From the NCBI RefSeq assembly GCF_006345805.1, contig NC_043003.1, positions 31,248,001-31,312,000 of the forward strand: a DNA stretch of 64,000 nt. Reading direction: 5' to 3'. Within the stretch, counting starts at the first letter, position 1, and each line of letters starts with the position of its first letter. The position numbers and the translations under genes were made by a program. Positions 24,697 through 37,260 of the stretch are shown here, piece after piece. Below the pieces are notes generated by a model. It was not told the DNA's origin. It worked only from the letters and a program-made list of their open reading frames with translations, and did not search any database. The stretch comes from Octopus sinensis. Its lineage: Eukaryota.

Positions 24697-25890
24697 TATA
24701 TTATTTACACTTGACGGATATTTGTCCTCATCTTGTTTGTTGTTTATACAACGTTTCGAATGATATACCCTCCAGCCTTCATCAGGTGTCTTGAGGAAAT
24801 TTCGAATCTAGGTTCTCATTTCCAGGGTATTTTTCGGAATCGTTAGTAGCCCGCGCTCTTAACCACTACGCTATACGACCGTGGGCAATTTTGGAGTGAA
24901 TTTTAGGGCTTATAAATCTAATATTTTCCTATCCTTCTTTAATATCGGTTCCCATATGCTATTCATACCTGCACTCAGTCTGCTTAGGAGGTTGTTGTGT
25001 CCTAGCATATGTGCTGGTTCTTTTAGTTTTTGTATTTTCTAGTGGTGTTCTCTGTCTATTATTTTAACTTCATCCTACAAAGGGAGGTGGTCTCCATTTT
25101 TCCATACATGATCAGCTATACCCGATTAATCAATATCTCCTCGTGTCACAGCTTTACGATGTTCCTCTACTCTTATTTCGAGGGGCGGCATGTTTCGCCT
25201 TTGTATAACCTACAACAGCTGCATGGAATGGAGTACACGCAGTTTTTGGTCATATTCTCTTCTATTGGTGGTTTTACTCGATGGAGATATTTGCAAAGTG
25301 TTGTATTACTCTTAAATACTGTCCCGATGTCATATGGGCCGCATATCCTTTGTATCTTTTCGGAGAGAAATAGGGTAGACAGACTGTGGATAGTTTATTG
25401 GTTTCCTCCCTTCTTTTCTCCATAATTGGAGTGGATAGTATGTTTTCGTGGTAGTTGTTGCTTAATAGATTGTTATTGAGCTTTATCATTTCTTCCTGGT
25501 GAGTATCACGATTATTACTTATATTCTTTGCTCGATGTTTTAGGCACTGAGCAATCCCTCTCTTTACATTGTATGGATGGTGGGAATTGAAGCTGAGATA
25601 TCATCCAGTAAAGGTCGTCGGCTTGCGGTATAAGGATGTCCCGAATCCATACTGGTGCGTGTTATTAATACGCCCAGGAATGCTAGCTGATGGTCTTTTT
25701 CCTTTTCCATTGTGAACTGTATGTATGGCTTTATCGAGTTCACATGATCTAACAGTACTTGGACATCTTCCTTGTTGGGCCAGAGTATAAAGGTGTCATC
25801 AACATATCGCAGCCATAGGGTTGGTTTCAGCGGTGTTAATCTTAAAGCCAAATCCTCAAGATATTCTATGTATACATTCGGCATTATCAC
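24690..25890 (-). mobile_element. Penelope-like element (Poseidon-like): RT C-half, GIY-YIG and 3' terminus with tRNA-like segment and hammerhead
   Basis: WLRYVDDTFILWP...NSIKPYIQFTMEKE (RT) and CVYSIPCSCCRLYKGETCRPLEIRVEEHRK...SGIADHVW (GIY-YIG), with stops and frameshifts; the ORF ends near 24910. Confidence 0.88.
24745..24790 (-). ncRNA. Decayed minimal hammerhead motif
   Basis: GACAC-CUGAUGA-A-GGCUG...CAUUC-GAAAC-GUU-GUAUA. The core is intact and AACGUU is palindromic, but stems I and II carry mismatches. Confidence 0.55.
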
Positions 25891-25892
25891 CG

Positions 25893-26050
25893 ATCATGCG
25901 AACTCAATAAAGCCATCCATACACCTCACAATGGAAAAGGGAAAACAAACAAACAGCTAGTATTCCTGGACGTATTAATAACACGCACCAAGTATGGATT
26001 CAGGACATCCGTATACCGCAAGTCAACCTTCACTGGACGATACCTCTACT
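25893..26050 (+). mobile_element. Inverted duplication of the PLE RT segment at its 5' truncation point
   Basis: Plus strand gives HANSIKPSIHLTMEK...FLDVLITRTKYGFRTSVYRKSTFTGRYL, homologous to minus-strand 25600-25750. Confidence 0.8.
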
Positions 26051-26205
26051 GAGATTTTTCCTTAACTGTAAATATATACATACATATATATATATTATAT
26101 AATATATTTATATATATAATATATATTATATATATATATATATCTATATATATATTATATATATATATTATATATATATATATATTATATATATATATAA
26201 TATTA

Positions 26206-26590
26206 TATATAAGAAAATAGTAAAGTGTGAAAAAACGACAGAAGGCTTAAATGTAAAAAAATATATATATTTGTGTCAAAATGTGTGGAGAATATTGAAA
26301 AATTTTTTTCCCTTTCCTTAAAATGACATAATTTTAAAATTTTTAAAGAAATTACCGGTTTCGCGTGTAGCTTTTCAAATTCTTGGACGTTATATAAACA
26401 TAACGTCACAAGAAATTTGAAAAGCTACACGCGAAACCGGTAATTTCTTAAAAAATTTTAAAATTATGTCATTTTAAGGAAGGGAAAAAAAATTTTTCCA
26501 ATATTCTCCAGACATTTTGACACAAATATATATATTTTTTAACATTTAAGCCTTCTGTCGTTTTTTCACACTTTACTATTTTCTTATATA
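26206..26590. mobile_element. Palindrome (~190-bp arms) centred on a hammerhead stem II
   Basis: 26206-26393 is the reverse complement of 26400-26590; GC-GAAAC-CG-GTA-ATTTC lies at 26431-26447 and is mirrored on the left arm. Confidence 0.8.
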
Positions 26591-26760
26591 TTCACCCACG
26601 TGCTTTACCAAACAAACTTTCTTATCTATATATATATATATATGGGTTATAAAATGAGATAGGGGTTGAAAAATTCAACCCACCATGGGATCACATATAT
26701 CCAATATACTGCTAGATAGGTACCCAACAAGACTAATACATAGATGTTAAAAATTGCCAA

Positions 26761-29490
26761 GCTTTAATAATGAAAAAAATTTCATTAATACATAGAGTGC
26801 ATTTTTTATTTTTCCCATTATACACAGGTGCTGAAGTTAGTTTGGGAACTCAAAAGTAAGAACTTAGATTTTAGATTAAATTGGAAATACTAACTTCAGC
26901 AGCTGTGTATAATGGAAAAAATAAAAAATGCTCTCTATGTATTAATGAAATTTTTTTCATTATTAAAGCGGGTAGGCATACTATTAACAACATAAATGAA
27001 AAAAACTTTTTTTTGCATTCATAAACTACCGTTCACCTTTTCTAGATTCAAAGAGAACTTAGCTTTTCTACTAATAATTTTTTAACTCCCTTCTGTAACT
27101 AACTATACTAGTGGTCTTCTATAATTCTAAAGCATGCAACTTATAAATTTATAATTTTATATAATTTTGTAGCTACACATGTATAATAATAGATGTGTCC
27201 AGTATTAATTGTTATTTGTTTTTTGTATGTGGGTTTTTGTCTTGTTTTTAAGGGAAATACACTATGACAAGTAATAACACATTCATTTTGGTATTTGCCT
27301 TGTAATATGTGATTCCCGAAGTTTTCTAATATTGCATAGTGTATATGAATATTATGGTTAGTTACCTATCTCTAGATAATGTAATACTATTGTGTAATAT
27401 ATGAGAGCCTTTTTGGGAGTTTGTTTTGTTTAGGTTGAGAATCTAGGTTTTTTTGTATGTGTTTATTTGGCAGGTTTATATTGTATATTTGGTCTTTCTT
27501 TGTACTCACCTTAATTTGTATCTTATGCTATTTACTAATAAATCTTTTCATTTACAAACATTAGGCTTTATAAATATTACCAGCCTTATATATTTAGTCT
27601 ATATTTATAGTCTTCTGGATCTGTACATTAAATTATCCATCTATCGAATTTTTTACTCACTATCTACAGGTATAAACTTTCATAGTATTAGCCTGTATAC
27701 TAAGTTTATATTGGTACTTTCTTCAATATATATCTTCACTTTATTTTTGTTATTGATTTACATTTATACTCTTTTATGTATATGTGGATATATGCATATT
27801 AGCATTACTATATTAGGTGTACCTGTACCTATGCATTTATCTGAATTGGTTCTCTATGGTATCTATATTTGCATTTAGTCATCTAATTATTTATTTTTTT
27901 TATTATTTATTTACTTATTTAAGTGTAGATTTATACATACAACATATCAAGTCATTATTTATTTATTTATTTATTTATTTACTTATATAAGTGTAGATTT
28001 ATACATACATATCAATCATTTATTTCTTAATAATATATGATACATATACTGGTTTGTACTTATATTATGTGTGTAATCGTAATTATTTCTTCTTATTTAT
28101 TTTATCACATTTTAACTTAAGTATTTACATTCTTTTAATTTCTGTGATTTTCTTATATACGATTGCATTAGTGAGTCCCCCAGTTGTTATTATTTAATGC
28201 CTAATCTTGTTTATAATGGCATAGAATTTAATAAGTAAAAAAGAGATATATATTTATAATATAAAAATTAATCTATACTGTATAACTTAGCGTACATGGA
28301 ATCATAACAAATTACGATAAATCTAGTAACCGTTATGTTGACTATGATAAAAACCGGTGTTAAATACGGAGGGTACCTAGTGAAATAGCATCCGACATCG
28401 TGATATATTGATATATAAATATAAATATATATATCTTTGAAATAAATATTTTATGGAAATATATGAGTGGATCTTTTTTGTTATTTGAGGCATAGTTATA
28501 ATTTTGAAAGATTAGATGACAGTATAGTTGCTCCCCTATTTATTTATCTTTGTGCTAGAGGTTGCTTGTAGATGTGTATATGTATAAGTGTATGTGTGTG
28601 TGTATACATATAATTATGTATGTATGTGCGATTGATCTGTCGATGTGCGTGTGCGTATTTGCGTTTCTTGATTAACTAACCGTAAAATTTCTTTTGTGAC
28701 TCAAATTTCAAACTACAAGCCAATCGAATTAATCTAGAATAATCAATATCAAGCGGACAGAATAACTAAACTCATAGTTACTACGATTTTGAATGGATGG
28801 ACTTGGTGCAAACTTAACTGTATCTGTTATTATTATTAATATTAATAGTAATTTTTATTGACTTTTATAGGTTTATAATTTTATGAACTGAACTATGGTT
28901 TTTTATTATTATTTTTCAGGTATGGGTATGATTTTAATTTAAATAGTAGTGCGCATACATCTCCCTATGTGTAAGTTTTTAGAACTATTAGCCAAATATG
29001 TAAAATAACTGTGCTTATTAATATTAATATATACACTGATATGTATTTTGTTTTATTTTGTTTTGTTTACCTTGCATTATTGTATCAATGAGTATTATAT
29101 ATGTGTAGCATTATGGAGTTTATGCACAAGTTTTTATATTTTACATTTTTATTTTTATATTTATATGTATATGGAAAATAATTTTTCCACAATTATAACA
29201 AATTAAATTCTCTGAAGAGCCGTGGGGCATCCTTGTTAATGCCTCATTCTATACCTGCTTAATGGCTTATAGGTTAAATGAGGTATGACTGCCCTTACTG
29301 CCGAAACAGCTGTCAGATATGATATAATTACATATTATATTTTTATATTTTATACTTCTATTTCCTTGTCTATTTATATTACTATATATTTTGTATAATG
29401 CCTTTACTGATATGTAATGGTGTAATAAAGTATTGATTGGGTATCATCTGATAGTTGATGTTTTATTGATTCAAGTATGTTTCTCCATTT
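26761..29490 (+). mobile_element. PLE 3' portion: GIY-YIG tail with inverted copy, long AT-rich UTR and hammerhead
   Basis: About 26880-27010 translates as ...ILTSAAVYNGKNKKCSLCINEIFFIIKAG...IN, the Y.....K.C.LC..E...I....N tail of some PLE endonucleases. 26761-26840 is its inverted copy. Continuity through the 2.2-kb UTR is inferred. Confidence 0.55.
29208..29317 (+). ncRNA. Type I hammerhead motif, core intact, stem II degraded
   Basis: TCT-CTGAAGA(29212)-GCCGTGGGGCA...TGCCCTTACTGCC-GAAAC(29303)-AGCT-GTC-AGA; CAGCTG is palindromic. Confidence 0.65.
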
Positions 29491-29503
29491 TCTAATTTTG
29501 TAT

Positions 29504-29553
<50 letters not shown>

Positions 29554-29639
29554 TACTACATATTAAAACAAAGTTGTTTATTCTTTTCTTTTCACGCGGG
29601 TAGAAATATAGGAAAATGCACTGGGATTCGTATTTTATA

Positions 29640-31545
29640 GTTAAACATTTTTGAAGACCTAACCGGTTCCACAGATTTTTCTGAGTTTCCGAAAGACAGA
29701 GAGCTATGCTGCAACTGCCTTGCTTCTGATTGGAATTAACAAATTGTCTCTTTTTTGTAGAGAGAACATTACCCAAATTAGTATGTTTTGACACGTTTCG
29801 ATTGGTCGAGGATTATCACGTGTTCTGATTTTGGAAAGTTTTGTAAGTTCTCCGCTACGTTCGTTCTCTAAAACCATGTGTCAATGTTTAGCGCCTTTAG
29901 TTAAAGTTGCCATGGTTGAGTAAACATGTCTAGTGGTAAACTCTAGCAGTCACGGCTGTCTGAAATTTATTTGTCAAATATAGTAGACGAAGATCTCGTG
30001 ATTAGTATTAATCTTAGTATTTTTTATTTAGGTTCCCCACTACGTCCGTGCGTTAATATGTGACAATATTTTTTTGCGCCGACAATCAAGGTTGGCAAGT
30101 TGAATGAACATGTCTAGCGACAGTCTTAAAATAAGCTTCTCTAAACTTAATCTGTCGAGTAGTAAAGTGAACAGGAGTTGTCTCTATGTAGTCTAGTGGT
30201 TGAGTAGTTATGACTTGTGTTTATATATGTAGGCACCAAATTTAGCTATTAAATGTCTTTTTTCTAACCGTTCAACATTTAGGTGCATGTAGAATCAGTC
30301 AGTTAACAGTCATGATTGTGTCTAAAGTTTAGGTTGTTAGCTGTATAATTTCAACATGTGAAGTAGTAGAATGTGCTTGTGTCTGAATAGTTGTTCGTGA
30401 ATGTATTTAGTTTGATAAAGTTTATTCAGTCTTGGTTTGTACATTTCCACGAATATACTTTCTTTGTTTATCTGTACTTGGACTGCGGTATTGACCGAAA
30501 AAAGGTAAAGAGAAAAGATTTAGAACTTGGGGGACTTATTTCTAGCACATATGTCTATGTGCCTACTAAGTAGTATCTGCCTCGTACTGAGGTGTCGTAT
30601 TTGCTGTCTATGAATGGTAAGTCTATTTCTAAGAGTGATTTCTGTTTGACCTGTGTAATCCTCGTTGCATCCTTTACATTTAATAGCATATATTAATTTT
30701 TTTTAACGAACAGGTAAAATAATTATTTATGGTAAAAATATGTTCTGATTTAAATTCATATCTATCATCTTCAATGAAGTTGATGCAGGTCCGACAGTTA
30801 GGGCGGCCACGCATTTTGACTGTTTATACGAGGTTTGTAGAATATAATTTAGCCATAGTGAGCAGTTTCTTGAGGGATTCTGATTGGTTTTTTTTTGCTT
30901 TTGATTATATTGTGTTTCTAGAGCTTGTTTCATTCTTGGGCCTTGTCTTTTCCAGTTTTCTTATATATATTGGTAAAATGAATATCCATATATTCTGTAG
31001 TGATACTTTATATGTACCAATTCTAAATATCTCAATACTAGGTTTGTAAGAACTGGGGTTGCTTTCGTTCCTACAGTATTTCCACATTTTTGTTGGTAGT
31101 AATTGATATCTAACATGAATTAGTATACTGGAAGATAAATTTTAATGCTTCAATCATAAATTCTTTGTCGATGCTCTCTGGTAGTTTACCTTGATAATTT
31201 TCTAACTAGAATTTGATTGCTTCAATTCCATAGTCGTGTGGCATATTAGCATGCATGTTCCCGACATAGAAACATACAATGAGTGTCTCTTCATTGATCA
31301 TTTTTATGAGGTGGCTTAGTATGTCTAGATCATTTCTAATGAGGGTTTTGATATATTTCAGAAGGGGCTTCAGTAAGATGTCAAGAAATTTGCTTAAGTA
31401 ATGGGTTTCACATCATGGGCACGCTATATGGGGACTTGATTTAAAACGTCGTGGTGATTAGACATTAATGTATATGTCTCATGATTCTTTACAGGCTTTA
31501 TTAACTATCTGGCTTTTGTAAGGGAGCCATTCCCACCTTTCCTTC
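29640..31545 (-). pseudogene. Decayed Penelope-like element (RT and GIY-YIG, internally deleted)
   Basis: Minus strand gives SKFLDILLKPLLKYIKTLIRNDLDIL...HDYGIEAIKF...EFMIEALKFI (RT N-half) and IYAIKCKGCNEDYTGQTEITLRNRLTIHRQQIR (GIY-YIG). The 3' boundary is approximate. Confidence 0.8.
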
Positions 31546-31589
31546 AGGACATACCTATACATACATACACATATTCAAGCACAGACACG

Positions 31590-31691
31590 CATATATATGT
31601 GTCTATATGTATATGTGTATGTATATATATATTATATGTATTGTTATAATATGTACTTGTATATATATATGTATATATATATATGTATATG

Positions 31692-31749
<58 letters not shown>

Positions 31750-32220
31750 GTATATATACATATGTGTATGTATATGTATATGCTGTATATGCAATATATG
31801 TATATGTGTATGTATATATATATATGTATATGTATATATATATATATGTATGTATATGTATATATATTTATATATATGTATATATATGTATATATATGTA
31901 TATATACATATGTGTATGTATATGTATATGTATATATATATGTATATATATGTGTATATGTATATGTATATGTATATATATGTATATGTATATTTATATA
32001 TATATGTATATATATATCTGTATATATATATATGTGTATATGTGTATGTATTGTATATCTATATATATATATTCATATTATGTATAATTTAATATACATA
32101 TGTATATATAATAATATGAATGTATATGTATATATATATGCCTATAATATATATTATGAATGTATATGTATATGTATATATATATAAATATATAATATAT
32201 CTATATAATGTATATATGAT
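31590..32220. repeat. Long (TA)/(TATG) low-complexity tract
   Basis: Visible; source of the spurious Y/I/M/C ORFs. Confidence 0.95.
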
Positions 32221-32221
32221 T

Positions 32222-35040
32222 GATGATTGATTGATTCTAGTTTCAGCTTATGAGCTGTGGCCATGCTGGGGCACCGCCATTTGGTGTTGCTACTTGGTTT
32301 CACTTCATGGAGGCTTTCTAGCAACTGCTATTTGGTGCATGAGAGAGTTCGATGCAGCTGCCCTCATCTGCCCCTCCTGCCGTGAAGTTGGTTCATCTGG
32401 GACACCTGACAGGAAGAGATCCAGCTTCATTTTAAAGACATCTGTATCCACTCCATGCAGGTCTCTCAGGTTCTTCGGGAGGATATTGAAGAGCTGTGGG
32501 CCTCGGAAGCCCAGGCTATCACAGAATCTTGTCCTACATCTTGATGGCAGGTTTGGAGTCCTAGGCACCACGCAGTGGCGCCCAGTTCTGGCATTTGCGT
32601 AACTCTCGATGCCAAAGTTCAGGACACTTCCCTCCAGGATCTTCCAGATGTATATTATGGCATATCTTTCCCGCCTACGCTCCAGGGAATATAATTTTAA
32701 TCTCTTGAGTCTTTCCCAGTAGCTTACATTCTGCATAGAGGCTATCTTCTTTGTGTAGCTTCGTTGGGTCGCCTCAAGTTCTGTGATCAACTTGACACTG
32801 GATGGTGACCATAGCTGAGAGCAATAGTCAAAGTGGCTTAGGACAAGTGTCTTCCAGAGGACCATCATGGTTTCTTTGTTCTCTTGTTCTAAAGGTTCTA
32901 AGAATCAATCCAGCCAGCCGTCTACATTTCAGTGTCAGTTTAGCAACATGTACATGAAAGGTCGCGTCATCACTCATGTGAATACCCAGGTCACGCACTG
33001 ATTGTGCCGCTGGGATTGCAATCCCTCCGGGTCCAGTGTATTCATTGGGTATTGCATTCAGTTTTGCATGCTGATAGTATAAAGCTTGAAACTTTCCAGC
33101 ATTGAACTGCATGCTATCTTTTCAGCTTTTCAGCCCTTGTATATTTCGTCCAGCTCACATTGCAGGTGTTTAGTGTCCTCAGGGTTCTGTATTGCCCTGT
33201 GAAACTTTTGTATCATCTGCATAACTTGTGATCGTGGCTCTCTGCGTGGCTGAGGGCATGTCTGAGAGGGCCATTATGAACAGTAGTGGTCCCAGAACAG
33301 TGCCCTGCGGAACACCGCTCACTATTTGTGTGTTAATGGAGGTGGCCCCATTGGCTACTACCACCTGACTTCTATCCTTCAGAAAGTCATGAAGCCATTC
33401 TCCCAGTTTTCCAACTATTTTGAGATCACGCAGTTTGTGACATATCATTCCATGATCGACTTTATCAAAGGCCTTTGCAAAGTCGAGATATATCACTTCC
33501 ACATTTGGTGGTTGAGCAGCCGTTTCAGCACCCTCATAGTGTTGTAGGAGCTGAGTTAAACAGCTTCTCCCTGGTCGGAAACCATGTTGGGTGTCGGGCG
33601 CAAGTCATTCTCTTCAAGGAAGGTGATCAGCTTCCTTCTGACTATTCGTTCCATGACCTTGCTGATGTGTGAGGTCAGAGAGATAGGTCTATAGTTCTTG
33701 GCTTCCGCTCTGCTACCTCCTTTATGATGGGGCATATTTTACCTTCCTTCAGTTTTCCTGGAAGTTTGCCAGCTGCAAGGAAGCTCTGAAAGAGGAACTG
33801 CAGTGGTCTTGCTAGGACTCTCTTACATGCTTTTAGGAGGATTGCCGGAATCCATCGGGGCCAGTAGCTGAGTCTGTTTTCATTTCATCTATAGCCTTGG
33901 TTACATCTCTTCCTTTATATATCGATGTAATCTATCGTCGCCGCCTCTGATTTTATATCTGCAGTGTTAAAAAGTCAGTTGGATTGGTGATTTGGAGATG
34001 CCCAAGGGGTGGAGTGAAAACACTCTTGAATTGCTCATTCAGTATTTCACTTACCCTCATTGGTTTTCCTGTAAGTGTGCCATCCTTTTCGAGAGTGGCC
34101 CTATTCTACATGCACTGTAGCTGTTTCTTTGGCATACCTGTAGAAAGCTCTGGGTTAGATTTTATGTTTTCTATAGCCCAGGCTTCTCTGTCTGCCCTTC
34201 TTTTTCATGGAGAGTTGCAGACATTTTTCGATTTCCACAGTTTTATTTTTAGGCGGGACTTTTCACTGCTTTCAATCTGTTTTGTTTAGGCGATTGAAAA
34301 TTTCGTACCCGTCTCATTAAAATTTTCCTCTCTCTGGGGATTTTGTTCTTGTGTACAGTGGCCTTTCTCTCTGGGACACATTTGTAGCATATGGCTTGCA
34401 TTACAGACATGAATTGTTGAAGTTTCACTTCGATGTCTGCGAGGAGAGACATTTAGGCCAGTTTTGTTTTGAGGATCTCTTTCTCAATTTGTTTCCAGTT
34501 GCCTTATGGTAGTTCAGCTGGAAAGATTTTTGAGGGTTTTTGTAGGCTGCATGTCCGTGCTCTCTTTTGGCCCGTACATGGTCAGCTCTATCATGTTGTG
34601 ATCCGAGAGTAGTGTCGGTGTCACTTTCACATTATGGATGAGATCCATGTCATTTGTGAAGCAGAGATCCAGTGTGTTTTTCCTGCCCTGGTTGGTTGGA
34701 GTATTACCTGCTCCATTACAGGGTGTTGATGAGGTTCGGAGGGACCTCGCCTGTCCTCGTTCACATCTTGTCATTCCTGGGAGAGAAAGGCCCTCGGGCC
34801 ATCTGACATTGGGCAGATTGAAGTCTCCCATAAGAAGCACACCTATGTGTTGTTCTAATGGTTAGAATTTCTTCTATTTTTATAAGGCAGTCTTCAAACT
34901 TGCCCACATGGCTTGGGGCATCTGGAGGGCGATATGTAGCACACACAACTACATCAAGTTGCCTGATATGTACAATTAGTGTGTCACACACCGAGTTTGA
35001 GTATGACAAGAGGACCTGGGGTGTGAGGTCCTCACGGATG
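32222..35040 (-). mobile_element. CR1-clade LINE, 5'-truncated ORF2 (APE and RT) pseudogene with intact 3' end
   Basis: LLMGDFNLP and DLCFTND...LSDHNMIEL (APE); YLDFAKAFDKVDH, GVPQGTVLGPLLF, YADDTK, FNAGKF, VRDLGI, DYCSQLWSP, SLERRRER (RT and C-terminus). Several frameshifts. Tail CAGCTCATAAGCTGAAACTAG followed by (CAAT)n. Confidence 0.95.
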
Positions 35041-35495
35041 GATGTACATATGTATATATATATATGTAAGTATGTATTTATGTATGTATACGCTTAGTTG
35101 CGCTAACTTAACCCCTACACCAAAGACCCATCAAAATGCTAACCGCTCAAATTAGGAATCTAAACTTACACATACACATAAAGACAGACAGATAAGTAAT
35201 TGCGACGAGAAAGGAATAAACAATTATCTTATGAACTTCATTAGCATATAGCTTTTTTTTCTATAAGATGCTGTGGACTCATAGTTGAGTGCCTGAGTTT
35301 CAACTTATAGTTTTATCGGAGGTTCAAACATGAAGTGCACTTATAGCAATAACAGCTGTAGGTTAATGAAGTTGATAATCGTTTATTCCTTTGCCATCTC
35401 AGTTTCTAACCGCTGTTTACTCGACTAACGCTTCGTTTTGAAGCGTATGTATGTTAAGTTCTACACAGTACTGCAATGTCTAAGCGCAAAATAAA

Positions 35496-35559
<64 letters not shown>

Positions 35560-35575
35560 AATATAAAAATAAATA

Positions 35576-35895
35576 GGTGCTGACATGATTATGTAGTAGG
35601 AAGCTTGCTTTACAGCCACATGGTTCCGCGTTTAGTTTCACTGCTTGGCACCTTGGGCATGCGCCTTCTACTATAACCTCGGGCTGACCAAAGCCTTGTG
35701 AGTGGATATGGTAGAAAAAACTGAAAAGAAATTCATTGTGTGTGTCTTTGTGTGTGTTTGTTCCCCACTACCGCTTGGCAACCGATGTTGATGTGTGTCC
35801 GTCCACATAAACTAGCGATTCGGCAAGAGAGATCGATAGAATAAATACCAAGCATTAAAAAATAAGTACCATGGTCGATTCATTCGACTAAAATA
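35576..35895 (+). mobile_element. SINE family B
   Basis: Head and body homologous to 23598-24013. Confidence 0.75.
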
Positions 35896-36369
35896 CTTAT
35901 ATATAAGGAAGGTAAATGCGCAGAAATGCTATATTGGAAAAATATATGGCATCGTCATGAAATGAAATGGAATATTTACATAACCAACTGGTTTCGTCTT
36001 TGCTACTAATGACTAAGTAGTCAGCAATAATGTTATAGTTTCATGCTCTCATAATACGTTTTCATCCCTTGTCTATAAGTGGAAATTAGAAAGAAGGCTC
36101 AAAGTAGAAAGACCAGAAGGCGTTATCCCAGAGTAACGAATGTCAATTTTCCTCCAGCAATGGGAAATACTCAAGGGATATATTTAAGTCTCAACGAAGG
36201 AACTCGATACACGTAATTATATCTCATACGCTTAGACAGAAAAAATAGTCTTTAACAATTCAAATATAATTAGTAACACTAGTAATCTGCACCAACGTAA
36301 TTACACTAAATGTTTTTTTTAGATTCAGAGACAGACGTTGGAACAAAACTTACTGGAGAAATCCAAAGC

Positions 36370-36700
36370 AATAAATTTATCAAAGAAATCTTTTTCAGTG
36401 GCAAAAATTAACATACAAAGCGGATAAAATTTACCCGAAACCCACGCAGATTTAATCAGGATTTTGCGAAAAGCTGACTTGTAGAAACACTACTTCATTT
36501 TGATAACGATAATAATTCACTTGTTAAAAACAAAAGCATTATCTTCCACCTAAAAATAGGAATAAAACACTCAAAGACTTTTAGACCTCATTCTGAAGTT
36601 CCCTATAATACTTTCCACAATCTAATCACAGAACTACTGAATGAAAAAATGAAATTGGTAAAAGATAAAGAATAAAAAAGAAGACATCGGAGGGGCGATG
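36370..36700 (+). pseudogene. Possible very decayed PLE N-terminal ORF fragment
   Basis: INLSKKSFS...KFT...DF...SLVKNKS resembles the NLS...L..GL.F.P region upstream of PLE RTs; heavily disrupted. Confidence 0.3.
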
Positions 36701-37185
36701 CATACCCTGCACGCAAATAAATTTTTTCGCAAATTATTTTCGCGAATACGTTAAAATACAAGTTGGCAAAGAAATTTGAATAACATTTTAGGAGGTTTGG
36801 AATTTAAATTAAGAAAGAATAACATAAAATGATGATTCTTCTCCAATTTTTCACTGAGGGAGCATACTTATTCAAAACAACAACAAAAGAAGGAACTTTG
36901 CATTTCAAGAGTTTTACAGTGAACTGCTAAAATACGAGCTGACAAAGAAAATCAAAGGTTGTTTTGGAAAGTTCAACATACAATTTGCATATGAGTAAAA
37001 TTTACATATGACTAAATAAATGATTATTCAAATAATAATCTATTTCGCTCCATGCACTTCTTGTTCTCACAATTTCCGGCTATAATGAATCGTCTTGAGA
37101 TGAAAGTGCATTGGTAGATTGGTTTTGCATCGACACACTAAATACATTATAAAGCTTATGACACATTTATGTAGCTAAGCATCTA

Positions 37186-37260
<75 letters not shown>

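Noticed and set aside
24842-24880. Functional tRNA gene (also SINE heads at 23.6, 46.3, 57.0 and 59.6 kb)
   Set aside because: No complete cloverleaf; acceptor 3' strand or T-arm is missing or replaced by repeat body.
31597-32187. Long Y/I/M/C-rich ORFs here and at 9.7, 10.4, 15-16.7, 17.8, 21.6, 24.5, 41.5 and 58.0 kb
   Set aside because: Translations of (TA)/(TATG)/(CA) microsatellites; no coding signature.
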